The translations under genes and the position numbers were made by a program. Below the pieces are notes generated by a model, which saw only the letters and a program-made list of their open reading frames with translations, was not told where the DNA came from and ran no database searches. Shown piece by piece: positions 1 to 6,953 of a DNA stretch of 32,000 bases. Each line of letters starts with the position of its first letter. Position 1 is the stretch's first letter. The stretch covers positions 120,001-152,000 of the forward strand of contig JBAZYG010000002.1 of assembly GCA_041659445.1 (NCBI GenBank). The letters run 5' to 3'. The DNA comes from Candidatus Saccharimonadota bacterium (lineage in GTDB: Archaea > Nanobdellota > Nanobdellia > Pacearchaeales > GW2011-AR1).

Positions 1-258
1 ATCTATTTGAGGTAATGTTCCTTCGTTTAATTTGGTTTCTGCAATTCTGTAAAAATACATTGAATCAAGGTCTGTTGATAAATATTCCCCTGTAGTTTGG
101 TCTTTAAGGATAGGTAAGTTTTGCAATCTTAAAAAACATCCCAGGAATAAAATTAACAATAAAAAGATTACTGTAATTATTATTTGAACTTTTTTTTGTG
201 AGAAAAAATTTATAACTTTTTCTGAATTTTCTTTCACTCTCTTCCAATTTTCACTCAT
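1..258 (-). CDS. Partial CDS (N-terminus only, runs off the window start): membrane glycosyltransferase, possibly AglB/STT3-type oligosaccharyltransferase
   Basis: My own minus-strand translation from the ATG at 258-256 stays open to base 1: MSENWKRVKENSEKVINFFSQKKVQIIIITVIFLLLILFLGCFLRLQNLPILKDQTTGEYLSTDLDSMYFYRIAETKLNEGTLPQID. It has one TM helix followed by a DxDxxYxxR-like loop (DLDSMYFYR) resembling the first external loop of STT3/AglB. It lies next to a GT4 GlcNAc-1-P transferase gene. Confidence 0.35.
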   Translation of the reverse strand, partial: MSENWKRVKENSEKVINFFSQKKVQIIITVIFLLLILFLGCFLRLQNLPILKDQTTGEYLSTDLDSMYFYRIAETKLNEGTLPQID

Positions 259-295
259 CTTTTTATCAAGAAAATTGATTTTAAAAACTTGTTTA

Positions 296-1297
296 TTAGA
301 AGAAAATTATAAATCCGATGCCAATGACAATTATTTGGAAGGCGTTTATTAATAGAGGGACTTCCCATTCATATGCTTTTTTGCTTGGTTTTATTTTCTT
401 TAAAATTCTTATTGCAATGTGTTCTAATCCATAATTTTTTTCATAAGGGGGGTTTAAACTTCCGTCGGGATTCAATTTACCAAAAGATTCTTTTTTAAGT
501 CTTCCTCTAATTTTTAAAATTGTTTCTAAAATATAGGGTATAAAAAAGAATATTGCAATTAATTCAACTTTTCCTAAAATTGCAATACAGGCAATCATAG
601 CTCCAACAGAATATGTCAAAATATCTCCTGGAAAAACTTTTGCAGGATATTTATTAAATAAATAAAATGCGATTAATGAAACAACCATACACATTGAAAT
701 AACACTTAGCCAAGGATTTCCTGTTAAAAATGTGACAATTGCGAGTGAGCCTAAGATTAAAATTCCTTGACTTGCTTCTAAGCCATTATACCCTGCTAAA
801 AAATTAAAAGTTGATGTTGCTCCGACGATTCCGATTGGAACAATTAAAAGTGGAAATAATATTCCAAGGTTAATTCCAAAAATATGCGTGTCTCCTGCAT
901 TAAGAACCATTAATGGAATTGCAGAAAAAATTAAAAGAATAATTCTTGTTCTATTACTTAATCCTCTTTTCCAACCAAGTAAATCATCAACAATACCGAC
1001 GATTGATGCAAAAAATAAAACTCCCAGTAAAGCAAAAATTTCAGAAGTGTGTGTATTTTCTTTAAATAAAAATGTTTTCAGTGCAATATATAATAAAGCA
1101 CCGAGAGTAACACCCACAAGAACAGCCATTCCACCGCCTTCTGCAACTTTTTTATTTCCTATTTTGTGAATATCTTTTCCTGTTAATCCTTCGGCATGCG
1201 CTCTTTTAATCCAAACAGGCAATGCTATGAATGTTATTAAAAAAGAAATCATTAATATAGGAAAAAATAAAACTCCCAAAAAAAATAAATTATCCAT
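296..1297 (-). CDS. Glycosyltransferase family 4 (MraY/WecA/AglH-like) UDP-GlcNAc:dolichyl-phosphate GlcNAc-1-phosphate transferase
   Basis: 333 aa polytopic membrane protein with family motifs VDDLLGWKRGL and FNFLAGYNGLEASQG plus a cytoplasmic-loop KYPAKVFPGD. Confidence 0.7.
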   Translation of the reverse strand: MDNLFFLGVLFFPILMISFLITFIALPVWIKRAHAEGLTGKDIHKIGNKKVAEGGGMAVLVGVTLGALLYIALKTFLFKENTHTSEIFALLGVLFFASIVGIVDDLLGWKRGLSNRTRIILLIFSAIPLMVLNAGDTHIFGINLGILFPLLIVPIGIVGATSTFNFLAGYNGLEASQGILILGSLAIVTFLTGNPWLSVISMCMVVSLIAFYLFNKYPAKVFPGDILTYSVGAMIACIAILGKVELIAIFFFIPYILETILKIRGRLKKESFGKLNPDGSLNPPYEKNYGLEHIAIRILKKIKPSKKAYEWEVPLLINAFQIIVIGIGFIIFF

Positions 1298-1318
1298 TTA
1301 AAACTTAAAATAATGCAG

Positions 1319-1326
1319 TTTTTAAA
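1319..1326 (-). promoter_or_regulatory. TATA box (tttttaaa on + strand), exactly 21 nt from the ATG at 1297; implies a leaderless mRNA
   Basis: A/T 8-mer with the same 21-nt spacing seen at at least 9 first-in-unit genes in this window. Confidence 0.45.
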
Positions 1327-1337
1327 TTTAATTGGTT

Positions 1338-2204
1338 TTAAGTGAATAGTAAAGGGGTAATATAAACTTCAATAAGTCCTGCAATAACTAAAATTATTAA
1401 TGAAATAAATATCAAGATTATAACATTTTCGAAGACCATTAAAAATCTTCTGCTTTTTAATCCATTTCTAGCTAATCCAACTCCGAGAATTCCTCCTGCT
1501 AAAGCAGTTATAAAGTATGCTGCTATTTCTGGAAGGCCATGGATCATATATCTTGAAATTCCTAATGGAATGGCAGATAATTTGTATTGTGTAAAAATTC
1601 CAATTGCTCCAGAAATTACTGTTGCATTCCATGCTAAAATAAAAATTGCACCTGCTCCAAAAATCAGCGAGAATAAAAGCGTGAATATCATTACATAAAC
1701 ATTATTTTCTAAAATAGATAAAAATCTATTTCCATTTGTAGCTGCACCAGTTACTCCTGAATTGGAAGAATTTGAAATAGAATATTGTTGTACACATTGT
1801 TCAACATTTCCAGGACTATTAATCATACAATAAGTTTCAATTTGAGCATTTAATATATTTGAATTTTGTAAAACAATTACCCAAAATGAAAATGCGACGA
1901 TAAATCCTAAAAATAACCAAATCAATGCAAAAATAGCATCTTTATGAACTTTCCAAACATGAAGCAATCCTTCAATTTCTTCGTCTTGTTTTTCTTCTTT
2001 TTTAATAATATAATACATGAATGGTAAAGAAAACATTACACAAAAAGTTACAACCATTAATCCAGAAAATTTATTCAAAACAGCATCTTTTGAGAAAAAT
2101 AAATGTACTAATAATAAAGATAAAGATGCATAAAGAATTCCAATAAAAAACATTTTCCAAGAACCTTTTTCAACTCTTTTTGGATTAACTAATGATTCAA
2201 GCAT
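1338..2204 (-). CDS. SpoIIM-like (stage II sporulation protein M family) integral membrane protein
   Basis: 288 aa with multiple TM helices. The C-terminal MIHGLPEIAAYFITALAGGILG resembles the HG-x-x-E-hydrophobic signature of the SpoIIM family. Confidence 0.45.
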   Translation of the reverse strand: MLESLVNPKRVEKGSWKMFFIGILYASLSLLLVHLFFSKDAVLNKFSGLMVVTFCVMFSLPFMYYIIKKEEKQDEEIEGLLHVWKVHKDAIFALIWLFLGFIVAFSFWVIVLQNSNILNAQIETYCMINSPGNVEQCVQQYSISNSSNSGVTGAATNGNRFLSILENNVYVMIFTLLFSLIFGAGAIFILAWNATVISGAIGIFTQYKLSAIPLGISRYMIHGLPEIAAYFITALAGGILGVGLARNGLKSRRFLMVFENVIILIFISLIILVIAGLIEVYITPLLFT

Positions 2205-2225
2205 GTTATATCTAAAAGAACATAA

Positions 2226-2233
2226 TTTTTAAA
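2226..2233. promoter_or_regulatory. Single shared TATA box (tttttaaa) for two divergent leaderless genes
   Basis: The 50-bp intergenic region divides as 21 nt + 8-mer + 21 nt. The minus-strand ATG at 2204 and the plus-strand ATG at 2255 are both exactly 21 nt from the 8-mer. Confidence 0.5.
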
Positions 2234-2254
2234 GTTTCTTGAATTAATTATTTC

Positions 2255-3076
2255 ATGAATAAAAAACAGATGTTTGATAAAATTGTAAAAGATATAAAAT
2301 CTGTGAAAATTCAAGGTGCAAGAAACATTGCAAAGCAAGCTCTTTATGCATATAATTTATTTCCAAATGAAAAATCAAGAAAAATTCTTTTGAATCTGAG
2401 GCCAACAGAACCAATGTTAAATAATGTTCTTCATAAAATTAATAATAAAAATTATTCAGAAATTTTAAATCATTTTGATGAAGCTCAGAATAAAATAAAT
2501 TCTTTTGTTTTTAAATTAATTCATAATGGGGATGTAATTCTTACACATTGTCATTCGACAAATGTAGTTAATTCTTTAATTTATGCTCATAAAAAAGGAA
2601 AAAAATTTGAAATTTATAATACAGAAACTCGTCCATTATTTCAAGGTAGGAAAACTGCAAAGCAATTAAAAAATGCTGGAATAAAAGTTACAATGTTTGT
2701 TGATTCTGCTTTAGGAATTGCATTATCCGGAGAACAAGGAAACAAAAAACCAAATAAAGTTTTTTTAGGTAGCGACGCTATTTTGAAAAAAGGAATTGTA
2801 AATAAAGTTGGAAGTGAAGTAATTGCACAAGTTGCGAAAAATCAAAAAGTTCCATTTTATATAATTGCAGATTCATGGAAATATTCTCCTAAACGAATAA
2901 CTCTTGAAGAAAGGAATTTTTCTGAAGTTTGGAAAAATCTTCCTAAAAATTCGAAAATAAAAATTGAAAATCCTGCTTTTGAGTTTGTTGATAAAAAATA
3001 TATTAAAGCAATTATTTCTGAACTTGGCGTTTTAAGTCCTAATAATTTTTTAAAAAAAGTTAAGATAAAGAATTAA
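2255..3076 (+). CDS. eIF-2B alpha/beta/delta-family protein, likely ribose-1,5-bisphosphate isomerase (or aIF-2B-like)
   Basis: 273 aa with family blocks GARNIAKQAL, VILTHCHSTNV, ETRPLFQGRKTAKQLKNAGIKVTMFVDSA and GSDAILKKGIVNKVGSEVIAQVAK. Confidence 0.7.
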   Translation: MNKKQMFDKIVKDIKSVKIQGARNIAKQALYAYNLFPNEKSRKILLNLRPTEPMLNNVLHKINNKNYSEILNHFDEAQNKINSFVFKLIHNGDVILTHCHSTNVVNSLIYAHKKGKKFEIYNTETRPLFQGRKTAKQLKNAGIKVTMFVDSALGIALSGEQGNKKPNKVFLGSDAILKKGIVNKVGSEVIAQVAKNQKVPFYIIADSWKYSPKRITLEERNFSEVWKNLPKNSKIKIENPAFEFVDKKYIKAIISELGVLSPNNFLKKVKIKN

Positions 3077-3089
3077 TTTTATAGGGTAA

Positions 3090-3359
3090 TTAAAAGTTAT
3101 TTAATTTTTTATCTTTTAGAATATATCTAATCATAAAAAAAGTTGCCAATCCTAAAGAAATGATTCCTGAGACAAGTAAAGTCAAGTTAAATTTTGAGAT
3201 TATAACCCCTATAAGAGTTAGTCCAATTCCCATAAATATTTCTGAATATAATCTACATTCGTTTGAGGAGTGTACTTCTTCACGAGGAACTAAGGCGATA
3301 TTTGGATCTTTATATTTTATAGTTCCTTTTTTGATGGGAAGTTTATTTATTTTTTCCAT
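3090..3359 (-). CDS. Hypothetical small membrane protein (two predicted TM helices)
   Basis: 89-aa ORF with hydrophobic stretches IFMGIGLTLIGVIISKF and LLVSGIISLGLATFFMI. No recognisable family. Confidence 0.3.
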   Translation of the reverse strand: MEKINKLPIKKGTIKYKDPNIALVPREEVHSSNECRLYSEIFMGIGLTLIGVIISKFNLTLLVSGIISLGLATFFMIRYILKDKKLNNF

Positions 3360-3552
3360 TTTTTGTTTTTTCAGAAGTATCTTTTAAAGAATTTAATATT
3401 TCTTCTTTCTTATCATTAGAAAGAGTTGGATCTAAACAAGATTTAATAATTTCATCACCTTCTTTTTCAGTAATAATCCCTTTGCTTAACAAAATATTCA
3501 TTATCTCAAAAATTAATTTCATTATATCTATTGAACCAATTCTTATTCCCAT
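3343..3552 (-). CDS. Hypothetical small protein
   Basis: 69-aa ORF overlapping the downstream ORF by 17 nt. No recognisable motif. Confidence 0.25.
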   Translation of the reverse strand: MGIRIGSIDIMKLIFEIMNILLSKGIITEKEGDEIIKSCLDPTLSNDKKEEILNSLKDTSEKTKNGKNK

Positions 3553-3623
3553 TTTTTTATAATCTTTTTATTACTTTTACCCATCTATTTTTAAAGATTT
3601 AATATTTTATAAATTTAAGTTAA

Positions 3624-4091
3624 CTAATGCTTATGTCCGCATTTACATTCTTCGTCTGAGCAATCACAATCTTCATCGCAATCACATTCATGAGTATGCT
3701 CATGCTCGTGTTCTTCTTGATATTCTAAAATCAATTTTGTTAATTCTGAATTTATTTTTTTTAATTCTTGTTCTAAATTATCTCGCGAAATATTCAATTT
3801 TTCTATTTGCTCTGAAATTATTTTTTTTGTCTCAGGAATAGATTTTTTAACAAAATTTTTATCGCCAACATCGACTATTAATTCTTCTGAAATTAAATTT
3901 GTCTTAACAAAAATTCCTCTTCCAACTTGTGACAAAATTTCTTTTCCAATTTTTCCTTTTAATTCATCCAAATCATTGTTCAATCTGCTTAAATCTAAGA
4001 TAGTTTCTTCTAATATTTGCAATTGTTGCTGAATTTGCATTATTTGTTGTTCAAATATTGAAAACTTCATTTGTAATTCTGATTCGTTCAT
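3624..4091 (-). CDS. pfdA: Prefoldin alpha subunit with a Cys/His/Asp/Glu-rich C-terminal tail
   Basis: Coiled-coil N- and C-terminal segments flank a double beta-hairpin core (EILSQVGRGIFVKTNLISEELIVDVGDKNFVKKSIPETKK), as in alpha-class prefoldin. The last 30 aa are EEHEHEHTHECDCDEDCDCSDEECKCGHKH. Confidence 0.6.
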   Translation of the reverse strand: MNESELQMKFSIFEQQIMQIQQQLQILEETILDLSRLNNDLDELKGKIGKEILSQVGRGIFVKTNLISEELIVDVGDKNFVKKSIPETKKIISEQIEKLNISRDNLEQELKKINSELTKLILEYQEEHEHEHTHECDCDEDCDCSDEECKCGHKH

Positions 4092-4112
4092 GTTAAGGTT
4101 AAAAAAAGAAGG

Positions 4113-4120
4113 TTTTTAAG
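4113..4120 (-). promoter_or_regulatory. TATA box (tttttaag on + strand), 21 nt from the pfdA ATG at 4091
   Basis: Same spacing rule as the other unit-first genes. Confidence 0.45.
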
Positions 4121-4131
4121 GGTTTTGGGCA

Positions 4132-4698
4132 CTAAGCAACATCCATTACTTTTTTAAAAATGCTCGAGAAAATAATTGAAAATACTAAATAAAATATAAA
4201 CCATCCCATGAATCCAAAAAATCTAACAGGCTCTCCTGTATTTGTTACAATTATCTTGAAATAATCATCAAACCATCGATAAAATAAAATTAATGGAACT
4301 GCAGTATAAGCAATTGAACCCATGCTTAATTTAAATTGTTGAGGCATGTAACTCATATTTTTTTTAGTTAATTCAGACATTTTTGCAGTATCGCCTTTTA
4401 ATCTAGCTTCTTTAATTTGTTTTTGTAAATCTTTTTGTTCTGCTTTTATTCTTTTCAATTCTTTTTGATCTGTTGTGTATTTTTGAACTAAAGTTATTAA
4501 AACATTTAGAATTAAAACTATAATCAACATGCCAATTGTCATATTCCAATCCAAGAGAAATCCTGCAGTTGGATCTAAAACAGTATGAATTGAATTTTTT
4601 ATCCAAGCCCATTTATCCCAGAGAGATGCAATTATCAACGAAGCAAACATAACAATTATAATTATTGTCATACTTTTTCTTCCGCTTTTATTTTCCAT
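4132..4698 (-). CDS. DUF106 / MJ0480-like archaeal YidC/Oxa1/EMC3-family membrane insertase homologue
   Basis: 188 aa with three TM segments and a long charged coiled-coil loop (QKELKRIKAEQKDLQKQIKEARLKGDTAKMSELTKKNM) between TM1 and TM2, as in MJ0480. In many archaea this gene follows secY-adk. Confidence 0.55.
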   Translation of the reverse strand: MENKSGRKSMTIIIIVMFASLIIASLWDKWAWIKNSIHTVLDPTAGFLLDWNMTIGMLIIVLILNVLITLVQKYTTDQKELKRIKAEQKDLQKQIKEARLKGDTAKMSELTKKNMSYMPQQFKLSMGSIAYTAVPLILFYRWFDDYFKIIVTNTGEPVRFFGFMGWFIFYLVFSIIFSSIFKKVMDVA

Positions 4699-4719
4699 GT
4701 TACTTTAACTCAAAAAAGG

Positions 4720-4727
4720 TTTTTAAA
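4720..4727 (-). promoter_or_regulatory. TATA box, 21 nt from the ATG at 4698
   Basis: tttttaaa on the + strand; the gap 4699-4719 is 21 nt. Confidence 0.45.
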
Positions 4728-4779
4728 GATAGCTTTTGTAATAATTTTGTAACTATTTAATTACAACTAAATCAAAAGA

Positions 4780-4787
4780 TTTAAATA
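4780..4787 (+). promoter_or_regulatory. TATA box (tttaaata), 21 nt upstream of the DGR target gene ATG at 4809
   Basis: The gap 4788-4808 is 21 nt, implying a leaderless transcript. Confidence 0.45.
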
Positions 4788-4808
4788 GTTAAATTTTATC
4801 TAATTTTC

Positions 4809-5678
4809 ATGGTAAAGCATGTTGATTTTAAGCGAAAAGAAATAATCATTCCAGGAGCAACAGTAATAACTTTAGATGCAGAATCTGCTTTAGGTTTTGC
4901 TCCAATTGAAGTTTATGCTCAAGCAAAAGCAAAAATAAAAAAAGATTTCATAGACAATGAAAGAGCAATAAAATCTTTAACTAACGGAATTAATTTTGAA
5001 ACATTAAAAGGTTCTCAATTTTTTTGGAATAATTATTTGAATAATTTTTTAAAAGAGCAAGGAATAAATGGAAGAATAATGAATATAAATGATTTAGGAA
5101 ATATTTATGCTTTAGATAAAAATTTCTTTGAAAATCATTATTCTGATACAATAAATTTATGTTTAAGAAGTGAAGAAATTGGTTGGAAAAATAATAAACA
5201 TATTTTAGAAGATTTAGTTAAACAAGTTAAATCAAGAGAAAAAAGTTTTTCTCCAAAAAATCCTTTAATTATTTCTAATTTAGAAATTGTAAGTGATAAT
5301 AATTCAAATAATTTTTATGGGCTTTTATTAAAACTTAAAGAAGATTCAATTCTTGAAAATGATGAAAGATTTGCTTTTGGAAAAAATAAAATAAAATTTG
5401 AAAGTTTATTTGGAGATGTTGAAAAGAATCTTTATACAAAAGAAAAAGATTTGTCTAGGGTTTATGCGAATGATAGTCAGAATGTGAATGGTGACAATGA
5501 CGTTTTGCATGATTCCAATGATAATGGCTGGGTGGTTTTTGTGAGCGACGAAGTCGCGAACTCTTCGCAAAATTTTAAAGAGCATTTAAAAAGTCTCAAA
5601 GAAGAAAGAGATAAGCAAATTACAGAAATAAATCAAAGATACATTCAAGCATTAGATATTTTGAAAGGAAAAAAATAA
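4809..5678 (+). CDS. DGR variable (target) protein, otherwise unknown family
   Basis: 289 aa. The VR is in frame (LSRVYANDSQNVNGDNDVLHDSNDNGWVVF, residues ~215-244), and the corresponding TR codons are AAY-rich (Asn). No signal peptide or TM segment is visible. Confidence 0.7.
   Translation: MVKHVDFKRKEIIIPGATVITLDAESALGFAPIEVYAQAKAKIKKDFIDNERAIKSLTNGINFETLKGSQFFWNNYLNNFLKEQGINGRIMNINDLGNIYALDKNFFENHYSDTINLCLRSEEIGWKNNKHILEDLVKQVKSREKSFSPKNPLIISNLEIVSDNNSNNFYGLLLKLKEDSILENDERFAFGKNKIKFESLFGDVEKNLYTKEKDLSRVYANDSQNVNGDNDVLHDSNDNGWVVFVSDEVANSSQNFKEHLKSLKEERDKQITEINQRYIQALDILKGKK
5451..5540 (+). repeat. DGR variable repeat (VR)
   Basis: 78/90 identical to 5852-5941. VR carries G/T where TR has A at 5472, 5493, 5502, 5503, 5511, 5531, 5532, 5535 and 5539. 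Confidence 0.8.
5545..5568 (+). promoter_or_regulatory. GC-rich hairpin(s) immediately 3' of the VR (DGR target-recognition hairpin candidate)
   Basis: gcgac-gaa-gtcgc (5545-5557) overlaps gcgaa-ctc-ttcgc (5556-5568). This is an isolated GC island in AT-rich DNA, absent downstream of the TR. Confidence 0.55.
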
Positions 5679-5702
5679 AAATTCATTTTTCTTCTTAACT
5701 TT

Positions 5703-5720
5703 CCTATCCTTGAGGATAGG
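5703..5720 (+). other. Perfect 7-bp stem hairpin cctatcc-ttga-ggatagg downstream of the target gene stop
   Basis: Direct reading. A related tatcc-aaa-ggata hairpin occurs at 5938-5952, just after the TR. Confidence 0.4.
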
Positions 5721-5790
5721 CCACAAGCTCTTTTATTAGTGGTTTCAAAAACCCAGTGAAATTCAACTTTGACAATTTGTAATTAAAATA

Positions 5791-5798
5791 TTATAAAA
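5791..5798 (+). promoter_or_regulatory. Candidate TATA box (ttataaaa) for the TR-RT transcript
   Basis: It lies ~54 nt upstream of the TR start, which would place the TSS near 5820 so that the TR and RT are co-transcribed. Confidence 0.3.
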
Positions 5799-5851
5799 TT
5801 GAAGAAGCGGTGGCTAACTTTAAGTTAGATAATTGGTAAAAGGGCTAAATA

Positions 5852-5941
5852 TTGTCTAGGGTTTATGCGAATAATAGTCAGAATGTGAATTCTAACAATG
5901 ACAATTTGCATAATTCCAATGATAATGGCTGAATGACTTAT
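5852..5941 (+). repeat. DGR template repeat (TR), noncoding
   Basis: Cognate of the VR. In the VR reading frame it encodes Asn-rich LSRVYANNSQNVNSNNDNLHNSNDNG and then a TGA stop, so it is not itself part of an ORF. It ends 20 nt before the RT ATG. Confidence 0.8.
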
Positions 5942-5960
5942 CCAAAGGATAGATAATAAT

Positions 5961-6953
5961 ATGGATATTTATAATGAAACCATTTCTTTAAAAAATTTAA
6001 TTTTTGCTTATAAAAAAGCAAGAAAAGGAAAAACAAAAAAAGATTATGTAATTAAATTTGAAGAAAATCTTGCTTACAATTTAAAAATTCTCTATGATGA
6101 ATTAAAAAATGAAACTTACAAACCAAAACCTTTGCAATCTTTTATTTTGAGAGACCCAAAAACTCGTAAAATTTCAAAATCAGATTTTCGCGATAGGATT
6201 GTTCATCATGCATTATGCAATATCCTTGAACCAATTTTTGAAAAAGTATTTATTTATGATTCTTGTGCAAATAGAAAAAACAAAGGAACCCTATTTGCAT
6301 TACAAAGATTTGGTAAATTTCAAAGAAAAGTTACGCATAATTTATCAAAACAAGCATTTTGTTTTAAGGCAGATATTAAACATTATTTTCAAGAAATTAA
6401 TAGGGATATTTTATTAAAAATATTGGAAAAGAAAATTAAATGTTCTAAAACTATAAATTTGATTCAATTAATCTTAAATAACTTTGAAAGTAAAAAAGGA
6501 ATGCCTTTGGGAAATTTAACTTCTCAGTTTTTTGCAAATGTTTATTTAAATGAATTAGATTATTTTGTAAAGCACGAACTAAAAGTAAAATATTACTTGC
6601 GTTATGTTGATGATTTTGTTATTTTGCATAAGTCAAAAGAGCAATTAAAAATCTGGAAAGAGCAAATTAATTATTTCTTAGAAAGTAAATTAAAATTAGA
6701 GCTTCATACCGAAAAATCAAAAATAATTAATTTGTCTTCAGGTTTGGATTTTGTTGGTTTTAGAAATTTTTATTATTTTAAATTGTTAAGAAAAAGAAAT
6801 ATTTTGCAAATCATTTTTAAAATTGAATTATATAAAAAACAAGATATTAATAATAAAAATATATTGGATGTTTTTCAAGGATGGAATGCTTGTGCAAAAT
6901 GGGCAAATAGTTTTGGTTTAAGAATAATTCTTTTCTTAATTTTAATAATTTAA
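5961..6953 (+). CDS. DGR-type reverse transcriptase
   Basis: 330 aa with RT motifs RDPKTRKISKSDFRDRIVHHAL, GMPLGNLTSQFFANVYLNELD (the [IL]GxxxSQ DGR signature), YLRYVDDFVILH (YxDD) and GLDFVGF. The 3' end overlaps the convergent secY stop by 4 nt. Confidence 0.85.
   Translation: MDIYNETISLKNLIFAYKKARKGKTKKDYVIKFEENLAYNLKILYDELKNETYKPKPLQSFILRDPKTRKISKSDFRDRIVHHALCNILEPIFEKVFIYDSCANRKNKGTLFALQRFGKFQRKVTHNLSKQAFCFKADIKHYFQEINRDILLKILEKKIKCSKTINLIQLILNNFESKKGMPLGNLTSQFFANVYLNELDYFVKHELKVKYYLRYVDDFVILHKSKEQLKIWKEQINYFLESKLKLELHTEKSKIINLSSGLDFVGFRNFYYFKLLRKRNILQIIFKIELYKKQDINNKNILDVFQGWNACAKWANSFGLRIILFLILII

Larger units (their letters stand above)
4809..6953 (+). mobile_element. Diversity-generating retroelement cassette: target gene (VR) - noncoding TR - reverse transcriptase; no avd
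   Basis: A 90-nt VR/TR pair is offset by exactly 401 nt. There are 12 mismatches and 9 fall at TR adenines. The RT carries the DGR hallmark motif, and a GC-rich hairpin lies 3' of the VR. Confidence 0.85.

Noticed and set aside
5961-6953. RT as a retron or a group II intron maturase.
   Set aside because: A cognate TR/VR pair with an adenine-specific mismatch pattern and the LGNLTSQ motif point to a DGR. There is no X/maturase or endonuclease domain, no intron RNA domains V/VI flanking the ORF, and no msr/msd-like inverted repeats.
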